A stretch of DNA of 51,581 nucleotides, from NCBI GenBank assembly GCA_004282895.1, contig SHLQ01000003.1, forward strand, positions 1-51,581, written 5' to 3'. Each line of letters starts with the position of its first letter. Position 1 is the stretch's first letter. Positions 7,672 to 18,117 of this stretch are shown in pieces. The DNA is from Acidimicrobiales bacterium (GTDB lineage: Bacteria > Actinomycetota > Acidimicrobiia > Acidimicrobiales > SHLQ01). A model generated the notes under the pieces. That model was not told the origin of the DNA. It saw only the letters and a program-made list of their open reading frames with translations, and ran no database searches. A program made the translations under genes and the position numbers.

Positions 7672-9135
7672 GTGGACCGGCGTCAGTACATCTACGCGAT
7701 CGGCATCAGTGTGCTGTCGATCGCCGCGCTGCTCGGGACCGTGCTCGCGTCCTGGACGCCATTGCTCGGCCTCGACCTGCAGGGTGGGGTGTCCGTTCGG
7801 TATCGGGCCACCGAACCCGTCGAAGACCCCGAACAAATCACACAAGCGGTCGAGATCATACGTAACCGCGTCGATGGCCTCGGCGTGGCCGAACCGGAGA
7901 TCCAAGCGCAGGGCGACGGCATTCTTGTCTCGCTGCCCGGTGTTGAAGACAAGGAGCGGGCACTCGAGCTCATCGGCGAGACCGCCGTCATGAGGTTCCG
8001 GCCCGTTCTGGCTGACCTCCCCGTCGGGTCGACGGATCGCCCGCCAGAACTTCCCGACGACGCACCATTGGGACTGGACGGCTTCACGCCCGATGACGCG
8101 ATCGAGCCGGATCAGATAGTTGTGGTGCCTGCAAACGTGGAGCTGGCCCGTCCCGGGCGCTACGTCCTCGGACCAACCGGAATGTCCGGCGAAGGACTTG
8201 CCACCGCGCAGGGCGCATTCGACGGTCGCAACTGGATCGTCTCGGTTGAATTGAAGGGCGGCGACATAGGTGACAACGCATTCCGTCAGCTGACCGAACT
8301 CTGCGCACCCGGCATCTCACCAGAGTGCCCCGGCAACATCGACGCGTCCGGAGAGTTTCACGGCCGCATAGCCGTGGATCTGGACAACGAAGTGATCTCC
8401 GCTCCATTTGTGCAAGCCCCGGATCTGGGTCGCGACTTTCAGATCTCCGGGAGCTTCGACGAGGCATCCGCGAAGGAACTCGGGCTCAAACTGCGCTTCG
8501 GCGCGCTGCCGATCCAACTCGAACCGGAAAACCAGCAGATCGTCTCCGCGACGATCGGCAAGGACGCGCTATCGGCCGGCATCGTGGCCGGGCTCATTGG
8601 GCTCGCACTCGTCGCCGTCTTCATCATCGGGTACTACCGGATTCTCGGGGTTGTGGCGATCCTCAGTCTCGCGATCTCGGCGTCGCTGCTGTGGTCGATC
8701 ATCTCGTTCCTCGGTGAGAAACAAGGGTTGGCGCTGACACTCGCCGGCATCACCGGCATCATCGTGTCCATTGGTGTTTCCGTGGACTCGAACATCGTGT
8801 ACTTCGAGCACCTCAAAGAGGATGTGAGAAACGGGCGAACCGTCCGGACCGCGGTCAGCAAGGCGTTCCCAGTGGCCTATTCGACGATCGTCAAAGCAGA
8901 TGTGGCCTCGCTGATCGGTTCGGTGCTGCTGTACTTCCTGACCGTTGGCGCGGTTCGGGGTTTTGCGCTCTATCTGGGTATCGCGACGGTGCTCGACCTC
9001 GTGGCGACCTACTTCTTCATGGGCCCGGCGGTGCAGTGGCTGGCGCGTAAACCGTCGATTGCGGGCTCGTCCTCTCTGATGGGGATCCATGGGCTCACCG
9101 AAGACCGAGTCGGCACTGCGGAGGGTTCATCATGA
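7672..9135 (+). CDS. secD: Protein translocase subunit SecD
   Basis: LGLDLQGG, RVDGLGVAEP, GALP, LTLAGITG, VDSNIVYFE, VRGFA. Confidence 0.96.
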   Translation: MDRRQYIYAIGISVLSIAALLGTVLASWTPLLGLDLQGGVSVRYRATEPVEDPEQITQAVEIIRNRVDGLGVAEPEIQAQGDGILVSLPGVEDKERALELIGETAVMRFRPVLADLPVGSTDRPPELPDDAPLGLDGFTPDDAIEPDQIVVVPANVELARPGRYVLGPTGMSGEGLATAQGAFDGRNWIVSVELKGGDIGDNAFRQLTELCAPGISPECPGNIDASGEFHGRIAVDLDNEVISAPFVQAPDLGRDFQISGSFDEASAKELGLKLRFGALPIQLEPENQQIVSATIGKDALSAGIVAGLIGLALVAVFIIGYYRILGVVAILSLAISASLLWSIISFLGEKQGLALTLAGITGIIVSIGVSVDSNIVYFEHLKEDVRNGRTVRTAVSKAFPVAYSTIVKADVASLIGSVLLYFLTVGAVRGFALYLGIATVLDLVATYFFMGPAVQWLARKPSIAGSSSLMGIHGLTEDRVGTAEGSS

Positions 9136-10322
9136 AACTCACGCCCGAAAACGACGGACTCCGTCACATCGACTTCCCCGCGCTGTGGTCCCGCGTGCTC
9201 TATGTCTCCGCCGCCGCGGTCCTTATCAGCGTGTTGGCATTGTTCATTCGTGGCCTGGACCTGGGCATCGACTTTCAGGGCGGTACGTCCGTCGAGGTGC
9301 GTACGGAAGCATCGATCGAGGAAGTCACCGACCTGATCCCCGACGCCTTTCGCGATGAATCCCGCATCCAGGAGGTGACCGACGACGAAGGTGGACGGTT
9401 TGTTCGGGTGCGGAGCTCGGTTGAAGACAGCGAGCTTGCGGCAGAACTCCGCGCCGCCATGTCCGCAGCCGGCGACATCACCGGATTCGAGTCGGTCGGA
9501 CCAACCTGGGGCTCGGAGATAACGAACAAATCGATTCGTGCGTTGGTGTTCTTCTTCATTGCGATCGCGCTGTACATCTCGGCGCGCCTGGAATGGAAGA
9601 TGGCTGTGGGAGCTCTCGCCGCGGTCGCCCACGACATCATCATCAGTGTTGGTGTCTACGCGTTGTTCGGATTTGAGGTCACCCCGGCCACGCTGATCGC
9701 CTTCCTGACGATCATGGGGTATTCGCTGTACGACACCATCGTCGTGTACGACAAGGTCCGCGAGATCACCGCCCGCGTCGGCGCAACTGGCCGCTACACA
9801 TATACCGAGATGATGAACCTCGCGCTCAACCAGGTATTGGCGCGGTCGATCAACACGACCATCACGTCGGTCTTGCCGGTGTTGTCGATGCTGTTCATCG
9901 GCTCGTTCATCCTCGGCGCAACCACTCTGCAGGAGTTCTCGATCGCGCTGCTCGTCGGCCTGCTCGTTGGTGGCTACAGCTCGATCTTTGTTGCGTCAAC
10001 CGTCGTGGCGAACCTCAAGGAACGCGAGCCCGAGTACCTGCAGATTGCCAAGAAGGTGGCGAAGAAGGGCGGCGACGACTCCGGAACCCGCTGGGTCAGT
10101 GCCGAGGATGCGACCTTCGGCATTCAAGCGGGCCGGATGCGCAAGGGGGCGGCCACCAAGGCCAAGTCACCCACGAAGACCCGGAAACTCGCAGACTCGA
10201 AGAAAGACACCGAAGGGTCCGATGGGGAATCGGATGCGCCAACCAAGGCCAAGAAGTCCACACCCACCGCGGCCCCCGGGACGATCCCCCCACGGCCGAG
10301 AAAGACCAAACGCAAGAAGTGA
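9132..10322 (+). CDS. secF: Protein translocase subunit SecF
   Basis: LGIDFQGG, VGPTWG, HD, GYSLYDTIVVYDKVRE, RSINT; Lys-rich C-terminal tail. Confidence 0.96.
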   Translation: MKLTPENDGLRHIDFPALWSRVLYVSAAAVLISVLALFIRGLDLGIDFQGGTSVEVRTEASIEEVTDLIPDAFRDESRIQEVTDDEGGRFVRVRSSVEDSELAAELRAAMSAAGDITGFESVGPTWGSEITNKSIRALVFFFIAIALYISARLEWKMAVGALAAVAHDIIISVGVYALFGFEVTPATLIAFLTIMGYSLYDTIVVYDKVREITARVGATGRYTYTEMMNLALNQVLARSINTTITSVLPVLSMLFIGSFILGATTLQEFSIALLVGLLVGGYSSIFVASTVVANLKEREPEYLQIAKKVAKKGGDDSGTRWVSAEDATFGIQAGRMRKGAATKAKSPTKTRKLADSKKDTEGSDGESDAPTKAKKSTPTAAPGTIPPRPRKTKRKK

Positions 10323-10340
10323 GCCGGTAACTTCGACCGT

Positions 10341-10856
10341 ATGGACATCCACCGGCTGATCCGAGACGTACCGGACTACCCCCAACCGGGGATCGTGTTC
10401 AAGGACATCACGCCGTTGCTGGCCGACTCCGCCGCGCTGCACCACGCGGTCGAAGCCATGAGTGCCCCATTCGCACACGCGAACATCGACCTTGTGGCCG
10501 GGATCGAGGCCAGAGGGTTCATCTTCGGGCCGCTGGTGGCTCGCCACCTCGACGTCGGGTTCATGCCGGTGCGAAAGCCCGGCAAACTTCCGGCCGATAC
10601 CACCAGTGTGACCTACGACCTCGAGTACGGCTCCGACACCCTCGAAGTGCACTCGGATGCATGTGGGCCCGAGTCGTCCGTGCTGATCGTGGACGACGTA
10701 CTGGCCACGGGCGGAACATTGGCGGCCGCCCGAACGTTGGTGGAGTCCATGGAAGCATCGATTGTGGGGATTTCCGTCCTGGTGGAGCTTGCGTTCCTCG
10801 AAGGTCGTGCCAAGCTGGATGGCATCGTGACGCACGCCGTAGTTGAGGTCGACTGA
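10341..10856 (+). CDS. apt: Adenine phosphoribosyltransferase
   Basis: PDYPQPGIVFKDITPL, EARGF, RKPGKLP, YDLEYG, VDDVLATGGT. Confidence 0.97.
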   Translation: MDIHRLIRDVPDYPQPGIVFKDITPLLADSAALHHAVEAMSAPFAHANIDLVAGIEARGFIFGPLVARHLDVGFMPVRKPGKLPADTTSVTYDLEYGSDTLEVHSDACGPESSVLIVDDVLATGGTLAAARTLVESMEASIVGISVLVELAFLEGRAKLDGIVTHAVVEVD

Positions 10857-10857
10857 C

Positions 10858-13071
10858 ATGCCCACCGTGACCCGCGTCCTTCCATGGCGTCGGCAGTCAA
10901 GTCGGGTGGAGTCCGAGCTGACCGCCATTGTCGAGGCGTACCGCTCGCAGGACGCTGACGCCTCGATCGATCGGATTCAGAAGGCGTACCACGTTGCGTC
11001 CAAATCTCATGGCGACCAACGACGCAAGAGCGGTGAGCTCTACATCTCCCATCCGTTGGCAGTGGCAAAGGTGGTCGCCGAGTTCGGTCTCGACGACGGA
11101 GCGATTGCCGCTGCGCTGTTGCACGATGCGGTCGAGGACACCGCACTGACTCTCGAGGAACTGAGTGAACAGTTCGGCGAAGACGTCGCCAGCGTGGTCG
11201 ATGGTGTCACGAAGCTCGATCGTGTGCACTTCGACTCCAAAGAAGCACAACAAGCCGCTTCGGTGCGCAAGATGATGGTGGCGATCGCACAAGACGTCCG
11301 TGTGCTGATCATCAAGCTGGCCGACCGCCTCCACAACATGGAGACGATCGGCTCGCTACCCGAGTTCAAGCAGCAGCGAACCGCGAGCGAAACGCTGGAG
11401 ATCTACGCACCGCTGGCCCACCGACTCGGCATGCAGGAACTGAAACAGCGCCTGGAGGATCTCGCGTTCGCCGCCGCCGAGCCCAAACAGTACGCGGAGC
11501 TCGAAGCCATGGTGGCGGCGCGGGCACCCGAACGAGACGTGTACATCGCCCAGCTGCTTGGCGACGTCGAGGGACGCTTGCGCGAGCTCGGGATCAACGC
11601 CACGGTGACTGGTCGCCAGAAGCACCTGTATTCGATCTACGAAAAGATGGTCGTCCGCGGTCATCTCTTCGAGAACATTCATGATCTTGTCGGCATTCGT
11701 GTGATTGTCGACGAAGTCCGTGACTGCTACGCCGCGTTGGGCACGATCCACGCCGCCTGGAAACCGGTGCAGGGGCGGTTCAAGGACTACATCGCCATGC
11801 CGAAGTTCAACCTCTACCAGTCGTTGCACACGACGGTGATCGGCCCGCTGGGCAAAGAGGTGGAGGTGCAGATTCGCACCAAGGAAATGCATGGCCGGGC
11901 CGAACATGGCGTGGCCGCTCACTGGGGGTACAAGGAGTCGGCACCCAGCGGAGAGATGGCGTGGCTCAGTCGCATCATGGACTGGGAGCAGGAATCGTCC
12001 GACCCAACCGCGTTCATGAGCAACCTGAAGACCGACCTCGATCAGGACGAAGTCTTCGTGTTCACGCCGAAGGGCGACGTTGTCGAGTTGCCGGTCGGGG
12101 CAACTCCGGTCGACTTCGCGTACGAAATCCACACCGAGGTTGGCCGCCAGTGCACCGGGTCGCGCGTAAACGGCAAACTTGTGCCGTTGGAGACCCGCCT
12201 GCAGTCGGGCGACCGGGTGGACATCATCACCTCGAAGAACCCGGATGCGGGGCCCTCAAAGGACTGGTTGAAGTTCGTCGCGACGCCAAAGGCCGCGTCC
12301 AAGATTCGGGCCCACTTCAGTCGGGAGCGGCGCAGCGAGTTCATCGACATCGGACGCGACGAGCTCACCGCGGCGCTTCGTCGTAGCGAACTGCCGGTGC
12401 AGGACACCTTGAAGAGCAAGTTGTTGCTCGAGGTCGCTGCAGATATGAACTACACCGATCTCGAGGCGCTGCACGCCGCGATTGGTGAGGGGCACCTCTC
12501 GCCGCGAACAATCATCAACCGGATCACAAAGTCATTCGCCGAGGAGGAGCCGGCGGAAGAGCCGGCATTCCTCACCCGGGTTCGTCGTCGCGATGCCGCG
12601 CCGAGCAGCGGCGTGCATGTCGAAGGGCTGGACGATCTGCTCGTGCGGCTCGCCACCTGTTGCACCCCCGTTCCTCGCGACGACATCATCGGATTCGTGA
12701 CCCGGGGCCGCGGCGTGTCCGTGCACCGCACCGATTGTGCGAACGCCCGGTCGCTGTCTGCCAGTCAGGCCGATCGCCTCATCGAAGTGGATTGGGACGA
12801 CCGTCACGACGGCCTGTTGGAAGCCTCGATCCAGGTCGATGCCCTCGATCGGCCGCGTCTGCTCAGCGATGTTTCCGGTGTGATGGCGACAAACCAGATC
12901 AACGTAACGAGCGTGCAACTACGTACAAGTGCGGATCGAATTGCGCATATGACGTTCGGATTCGAGTTCGGCGATCCGGCCCATCTCGAAGAGATGCTTT
13001 CGGCGGTGCGACGAATCGAATCGGTCTACGACGCGTACCGCGTTCTCCCGGGGTCGAGCTCCGACGACTGA
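10858..13071 (+). CDS. relA: Bifunctional (p)ppGpp synthetase/hydrolase Rel
   Basis: HD domain (RKSGE.Y..HP, LHDAVED), synthetase (YQSLHT, EVQIRT), TGS, CC, ACT; start at ATG 10858 with GAGGT SD. Confidence 0.97.
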   Translation: MPTVTRVLPWRRQSSRVESELTAIVEAYRSQDADASIDRIQKAYHVASKSHGDQRRKSGELYISHPLAVAKVVAEFGLDDGAIAAALLHDAVEDTALTLEELSEQFGEDVASVVDGVTKLDRVHFDSKEAQQAASVRKMMVAIAQDVRVLIIKLADRLHNMETIGSLPEFKQQRTASETLEIYAPLAHRLGMQELKQRLEDLAFAAAEPKQYAELEAMVAARAPERDVYIAQLLGDVEGRLRELGINATVTGRQKHLYSIYEKMVVRGHLFENIHDLVGIRVIVDEVRDCYAALGTIHAAWKPVQGRFKDYIAMPKFNLYQSLHTTVIGPLGKEVEVQIRTKEMHGRAEHGVAAHWGYKESAPSGEMAWLSRIMDWEQESSDPTAFMSNLKTDLDQDEVFVFTPKGDVVELPVGATPVDFAYEIHTEVGRQCTGSRVNGKLVPLETRLQSGDRVDIITSKNPDAGPSKDWLKFVATPKAASKIRAHFSRERRSEFIDIGRDELTAALRRSELPVQDTLKSKLLLEVAADMNYTDLEALHAAIGEGHLSPRTIINRITKSFAEEEPAEEPAFLTRVRRRDAAPSSGVHVEGLDDLLVRLATCCTPVPRDDIIGFVTRGRGVSVHRTDCANARSLSASQADRLIEVDWDDRHDGLLEASIQVDALDRPRLLSDVSGVMATNQINVTSVQLRTSADRIAHMTFGFEFGDPAHLEEMLSAVRRIESVYDAYRVLPGSSSDD

Positions 13072-13099
13072 GGCGATTGGGCGAGTAGTCTGAGCCGTC

Positions 13100-14365
13100 G
13101 TGGCATCACCGAAATTTCAGTCTCTGCGGGGCATGCGTGACGTCATGTCACCCGACGCCGAGCGTCAACGCGCCGTCGTGGATGTCTTTGCGGATCTCGC
13201 CGGGCGAGCCGGGTATGGCCACTTGATGTCACCCATCCTCGAGGACCTCGGTGTCTTCTTGCGCGTCGGCGAATCCACGGACGTCGTGACCAAGGAGATG
13301 TACGACTTCGAGGACAAGGACGGCCAGCGCATCGCGATGCGGCCGGAACTCACCGCATCGGTCGTGCGGGCCTTCGTGCAACACAACCCGACCAACCTGC
13401 CCTGGAAGATCTGGTACGAGGGCCCACAGTTCCGGCACGAAAAGCCTCAGGCCGGTCGTTACCGCCAGTTCAGCCAGGTCGGTATCGAGGTTCTCGGCTC
13501 TGACGACCCCCACGTGGACGTCGAGGTGATTGCCCTCGGGTGGCGGTTTTACGAAGCTCTGGGAATGCGGCAGGTATCGCTGCTGATGAACTCGCTCGGA
13601 GACGAGTCCTGCCGACCGGCCTATCTGGAAGCGTTGACGAGGTATCTCCTCGATCGGCGGACAGATCTGTCCGAGCGCTCCCAGGAAACGCTCGACAAGA
13701 ACCCGCTTCGGGTACTCGACAGCAAACGCCGCGAGGATCAGGCGATCATCGCCGAGGCGCCGCTCATGGTGGACTTTCTCAGCGAGGAGACCGGTGAACA
13801 CTTCGCTGCCGTGCGTGCGGGTCTGGAGGCGCTCTCCATTCCCTACGAGATCTCACCGCGCCTCGTGCGGGGCCTCGACTACTACACCCGAACCACCTTC
13901 GAATTTGCATCAACCGCACTCACGAATGCCCAGAACGCCGTTGGTGGCGGGGGTCGCTACGACGGACTGGCCGAGAGTCTTGGTGGCAAACCCACCCCGG
14001 GCATCGGCTTCGCGCTCGGCGTTGATCGCATTCTTCTCGCCTGCGATGACGAAGGCTGTTTCCCCGAGCCGGCCACCGCGCCAGAGGTCATGGTCCTTGA
14101 TCTCGTGGGCGGCTCCGAGGCGATCGTTCTCACGGACCAGCTACGCGAGGCGGGGTTTCGGGCCGACCGCACATTTGACGGGCGTTCGATGAAGGCCCAG
14201 ATGAAGGTCGCCGACCGATCGGATGCCCCGTGGGTGCTGATCGTCGGCGAGGATGAGCTCGCCCAGGGCCAGGTGACGATTCGGGACATGCAGGGCGACG
14301 CCGGACAGACAACCATCGACCGCGGTGACGTGATCACCGAACTCAAGACGCGCCTCGGCGCCTGA
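13100..14365 (+). CDS. hisS: Histidine--tRNA ligase
   Basis: KEMY.F.D, RPELTAS, FRHEKPQAGRYRQF, LVRGLDYY, GGRYDGL. Confidence 0.98.
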   Translation: MASPKFQSLRGMRDVMSPDAERQRAVVDVFADLAGRAGYGHLMSPILEDLGVFLRVGESTDVVTKEMYDFEDKDGQRIAMRPELTASVVRAFVQHNPTNLPWKIWYEGPQFRHEKPQAGRYRQFSQVGIEVLGSDDPHVDVEVIALGWRFYEALGMRQVSLLMNSLGDESCRPAYLEALTRYLLDRRTDLSERSQETLDKNPLRVLDSKRREDQAIIAEAPLMVDFLSEETGEHFAAVRAGLEALSIPYEISPRLVRGLDYYTRTTFEFASTALTNAQNAVGGGGRYDGLAESLGGKPTPGIGFALGVDRILLACDDEGCFPEPATAPEVMVLDLVGGSEAIVLTDQLREAGFRADRTFDGRSMKAQMKVADRSDAPWVLIVGEDELAQGQVTIRDMQGDAGQTTIDRGDVITELKTRLGA

Positions 14366-14391
14366 TCAGCAACGACAAGCAAGGAACAACC

Positions 14392-16125
14392 ATGCCGATT
14401 CGAACCGACTACTGCGGTGAGGTCTCCTCCGCCGACATTGGCCGCACGGTCACCGTGTGCGGATGGGTCGATACCCGCCGCGTGCACTCCGAACACCTCG
14501 CCTTCGTTGACGTCCGCGACCACACCGGGGTTGTCCAGGTTGTCGTGGACGAACGGTCTGAAGTGCGCAGCGAATACGTCGTAGCGATCACCGGCACCGT
14601 CCGGGCCCGCCCCGATGGGATGGTCAACGCCGCGTTGGCTACGGGTGAGATCGAGATCGCCGACACAACCGTCGACATCCTCAACGCCGCCGAACCGCCA
14701 CCGTTCCCCATGAACGAACGGACTGACGTGGACGAGTCGATCCGCCTGCGTCATCGGTACGTCGACCTGCGCCGACCCAAGATGCAACGGAACCTGCGCA
14801 TTCGGTCGAAGGTGAACAGCGCAATCCGTGGCGCAATGGAGCGCCAGGGATTCGTCGAGATCGAGACCCCGATGCTCATCGCCTCCACACCGGAGGGTGC
14901 CCGCGACTTCGTGGTGCCCAGCCGCCAGAACCCCGGTGATTTCTACGCCCTCCCACAGAGCCCACAGCTGTTCAAACAGCTGTCGATGGTCGGTGGGTTC
15001 GACAAGTACTACCAAATCGCTCGATGTCTCCGCGACGAGGATCTCCGCGCCGATCGTCAGTTCGAATTCATGCAGCTCGACGCAGAAGCCAGCTTCGTGA
15101 ATCAGGAGGATGTGTTCGCCTTTATCAGCGAGGCGGTGGCGGACGCGACGGAAGCAGTCACCGGAGAACGGCCCGAGAACATTCCGCAGATGACGTATGC
15201 CGAGGCGCAGGAGCGATATGGCTCCGACAAGCCCGATGTGCGATTCGGCATGGAGTTGCAGGAGCTCACCGAGCTGTTCACCGAGACGGAGTCGAACGTC
15301 TTCAAGACCGCCGCGGTCAAAGGCATCTGCATGAAGGGCGGCGCCGACACACTCGGCCGCAACGCCATCGACGACCTGACCGACAAGGCCAAGCGCTGGG
15401 GCGCCAAGGGCCTCGCGTGGTTCCGCGTGCGAGACGAAGGCCTTGAGGGTGCGCTCACGAAGTTCATGTCCGAAGCGGAAATCGCGGGCGTGCAGTCAGG
15501 GCTCGCCGCGGAGTCGGGCGACATGGTCTTCCTCATCGCTGATGATCGGCGAACCGCCAACCGAGTGCTCGGGCTGCTTCGCCTCGAGCTGGGCAAGCCA
15601 CCCGTGAATGAAGGTGGCTTTCACTTTCTATGGATCACCGAGTTCCCACTGTTCGAGGATGTCATCGACGGCAACCCAATCCCGGCTCACCACCCCTTTA
15701 CGATGCCGCACCCCGACGACGTGGATCTGCTCGACACGGCCGAGGGTGATGGCTGGCTCGACATTCGGTCGCAGGCATACGATCTTGTGCTCAACGGCTG
15801 GGAGCTTGGTTCGGGCAGCATCCGAATCCACCGCTCCGATGTGCAATCGCGCATCTTCGAAATTCTGGGCATCGGCGAGGAGGAACAGCGGGCAAAGTTC
15901 GGCTTCCTGCTCGACGCCTTCCGCTTCGGCGCTCCACCTCACGGCGGGTTCGCCTTCGGTATCGACCGCCTCACGGCGCTGCTCGCGGGCGAAGAGAACA
16001 TTCGCGAAGTCATTGCCTTCCCGAAGACCCAATCCGGCGCGGACCTGCTCACCAACGCACCAGGACCCATCGAAGCCGGTCAGCTAGACGAACTGGGCTT
16101 GCGGGTAGTCCCCCGAACAGATTGA
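14392..16125 (+). CDS. aspS: Aspartate--tRNA ligase, probably non-discriminating (Asp/Asn)
   Basis: STPEGARDF, ALPQSPQLFKQ, RDEDLRADRQ, GGFAFGIDR; His in RRVH and Gly in RPDG fit the non-discriminating type. Confidence 0.97.
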   Translation: MPIRTDYCGEVSSADIGRTVTVCGWVDTRRVHSEHLAFVDVRDHTGVVQVVVDERSEVRSEYVVAITGTVRARPDGMVNAALATGEIEIADTTVDILNAAEPPPFPMNERTDVDESIRLRHRYVDLRRPKMQRNLRIRSKVNSAIRGAMERQGFVEIETPMLIASTPEGARDFVVPSRQNPGDFYALPQSPQLFKQLSMVGGFDKYYQIARCLRDEDLRADRQFEFMQLDAEASFVNQEDVFAFISEAVADATEAVTGERPENIPQMTYAEAQERYGSDKPDVRFGMELQELTELFTETESNVFKTAAVKGICMKGGADTLGRNAIDDLTDKAKRWGAKGLAWFRVRDEGLEGALTKFMSEAEIAGVQSGLAAESGDMVFLIADDRRTANRVLGLLRLELGKPPVNEGGFHFLWITEFPLFEDVIDGNPIPAHHPFTMPHPDDVDLLDTAEGDGWLDIRSQAYDLVLNGWELGSGSIRIHRSDVQSRIFEILGIGEEEQRAKFGFLLDAFRFGAPPHGGFAFGIDRLTALLAGEENIREVIAFPKTQSGADLLTNAPGPIEAGQLDELGLRVVPRTD

Positions 16126-16796
16126 TGGGAGACGTCTTGGGGGAGCGCAGCTCCAACTACAAGCACCTCTTCATCGACTTCATGATTGAGGCGGACGTGT
16201 TGACGTTCGGTGACTTCGTGACGAAGAGCGGTCGGGAGACGCCGTATTTCGTGCAGACCGGCAAGTATCGAACCGGCTCACAGATCCGGCGGCTGGGCGA
16301 GTTCTACGCGGACGCGATACTGGCCAACTTCGGGACCGACTTCGATGTCCTGTTCGGCCCCGCCTACAAGGGCATTCCGCTTGCGGTCGAGACCGCCGCA
16401 GCGTTGTCGGCCAAGGGCCACGATGTCGGCTTCTGTTTCAATCGTAAGGAAGCCAAGGACCACGGCGAGGGTGGCGTTCTTGTGGGACATCCACTGGTCG
16501 ATGGCGATCGGGTCCTGATCATCGAGGACGTCACCACAGCCGGAACGTCGATTCGAGAGACGGTCCCGGTGCTTCAGGCTGCGGCCGATGTGGAACTCGC
16601 TGGACTGATCGTGTCCGTCGACCGCATGGAGCGAGGCACGGGGAACAACACCGCGCTGGAACAGATCGCCGAGGAATTCGCCATGCCCACGCACGCGATC
16701 GTCACCGTTGAGGAAGTCATCGATCATGCGGACCTCTCCGATGACATGGTTGCAAAGATGCGGGCCTATCTCGAAACCTACGGCCCCCGCCGCTGA
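16125..16796 (+). CDS. pyrE: Orotate phosphoribosyltransferase
   Basis: FGDFVTKSGR.TPYF, FGPAYKGIP, NRKEAKDHGEGG, IEDVTTAGTS; exact start uncertain. Confidence 0.95.
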   Translation: MGDVLGERSSNYKHLFIDFMIEADVLTFGDFVTKSGRETPYFVQTGKYRTGSQIRRLGEFYADAILANFGTDFDVLFGPAYKGIPLAVETAAALSAKGHDVGFCFNRKEAKDHGEGGVLVGHPLVDGDRVLIIEDVTTAGTSIRETVPVLQAAADVELAGLIVSVDRMERGTGNNTALEQIAEEFAMPTHAIVTVEEVIDHADLSDDMVAKMRAYLETYGPRR

Positions 16797-16821
16797 CCCA
16801 TAGCGGCTGTAGGGTGCGGCT

Positions 16822-18117
16822 GTGACCGACCTGTTCGCCGCCGCAGCGGAGATTCGCCAGAGCGAACGCGCCCCCCTTGCCGACCGGCTGCGCCCGATAC
16901 GGCTCGATGACATCGTGGGGCAGGATCACCTGCTCGGGGAGGGTCGGCCGCTCCGAGGGCTCATCGAAGCGGACACGCTTGGCTCGATTCTGCTGTGGGG
17001 ACCGCCCGGCACTGGCAAGACGACCTTGGCAAAGGTCATCGCCCGGACGACCGAGCGGGTCTTCGAGTCGCTGTCGGCCGTCAACGCATCCGTCAAAGAT
17101 GTGCGGCTGGTGCTCTCCCAAGCGCAGGACCGCCTTGGACAACACGGGCAGGGCACGATCCTGTTCCTCGACGAGGTCCACCGATTCAACAAGAGCCAAC
17201 AGGACGCGCTGTTGCCCGGCGTGGAGACCGGTCTGATCACCCTCATCGGCGCGACCACGGAGAACCCGAATTTCGAGGTGAACGCCGCGCTGCGAAGTCG
17301 ATCGACCCTGTTTCGGCTCGAGCCGCTCGAGGAGCCAGCGCTGCGCCAGCTGGTCGATCGCGGGCTTGACGCCGAGGGCACCACCGCCTCCGACGACGCG
17401 ATCCAGCTCCTCGTCGATCGTGGCGCTGGTGATGGACGCCAAGTGCTGACGGCACTGGGAGTTGCGTCGGCGCTGGCGAAACGCGACGGCGGCAAGATAT
17501 CGCTCGATCAGGTCGAGGCTGCACTGGGCACCAAGGCGATCCGGTACGGACAGGACGACCACTACGACGTCATCAGTGCGTTCATCAAGAGCATTCGAGG
17601 CAGCGATGTCGACGCGGGCCTCTATTGGCTGGCCCGCATGCTCGATGCGGGAGAATCGGCTCGCTTCATTGCGCGCCGCCTCGTGATTCTCGCCAGCGAG
17701 GACATCGGCATGGCCGATCCGATGTCGCTTGTAATCGCCGACAGTGCGGCCCGTGCGGTCGAGTTTGTTGGTCTCCCGGAGGCCCAACTGAATCTGGCCC
17801 AGGCGGTGATTCACCTCGCAACCGCACCGAAATCGAACTCGGTCACCACGGCCATCTTTGCGGCCAAGGAAGCGGCGCAGGGCGCCGGGACCGGGCAAGT
17901 GCCGAAACATTTGCGAGATGCACACTATTCTGGCGCGGCCGGGCTCGGTCACGGGACCGGTTATCGCTACCCCCACAACGACGAGGCGGGCTGGGTCGAC
18001 CAGCAGTACCGCCCCGACGAAGTGGAAAGTGATGTGTTCTACCGGCCCTCGGCCCACGGCGCAGAGCCGGCCCGCTGGGAGCGCTGGAAAAAGGATCGAG
18101 GAGACAAGACCACATGA
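16822..18117 (+). CDS. rarA: Replication-associated recombination protein A (RarA/MgsA)
   Basis: PLADRLRP, WGPPGTGKTT, DEVHRFNKSQQD, ATTENP, SAFIKSIRGSD, SEDIG. Confidence 0.96.
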   Translation: MTDLFAAAAEIRQSERAPLADRLRPIRLDDIVGQDHLLGEGRPLRGLIEADTLGSILLWGPPGTGKTTLAKVIARTTERVFESLSAVNASVKDVRLVLSQAQDRLGQHGQGTILFLDEVHRFNKSQQDALLPGVETGLITLIGATTENPNFEVNAALRSRSTLFRLEPLEEPALRQLVDRGLDAEGTTASDDAIQLLVDRGAGDGRQVLTALGVASALAKRDGGKISLDQVEAALGTKAIRYGQDDHYDVISAFIKSIRGSDVDAGLYWLARMLDAGESARFIARRLVILASEDIGMADPMSLVIADSAARAVEFVGLPEAQLNLAQAVIHLATAPKSNSVTTAIFAAKEAAQGAGTGQVPKHLRDAHYSGAAGLGHGTGYRYPHNDEAGWVDQQYRPDEVESDVFYRPSAHGAEPARWERWKKDRGDKTT

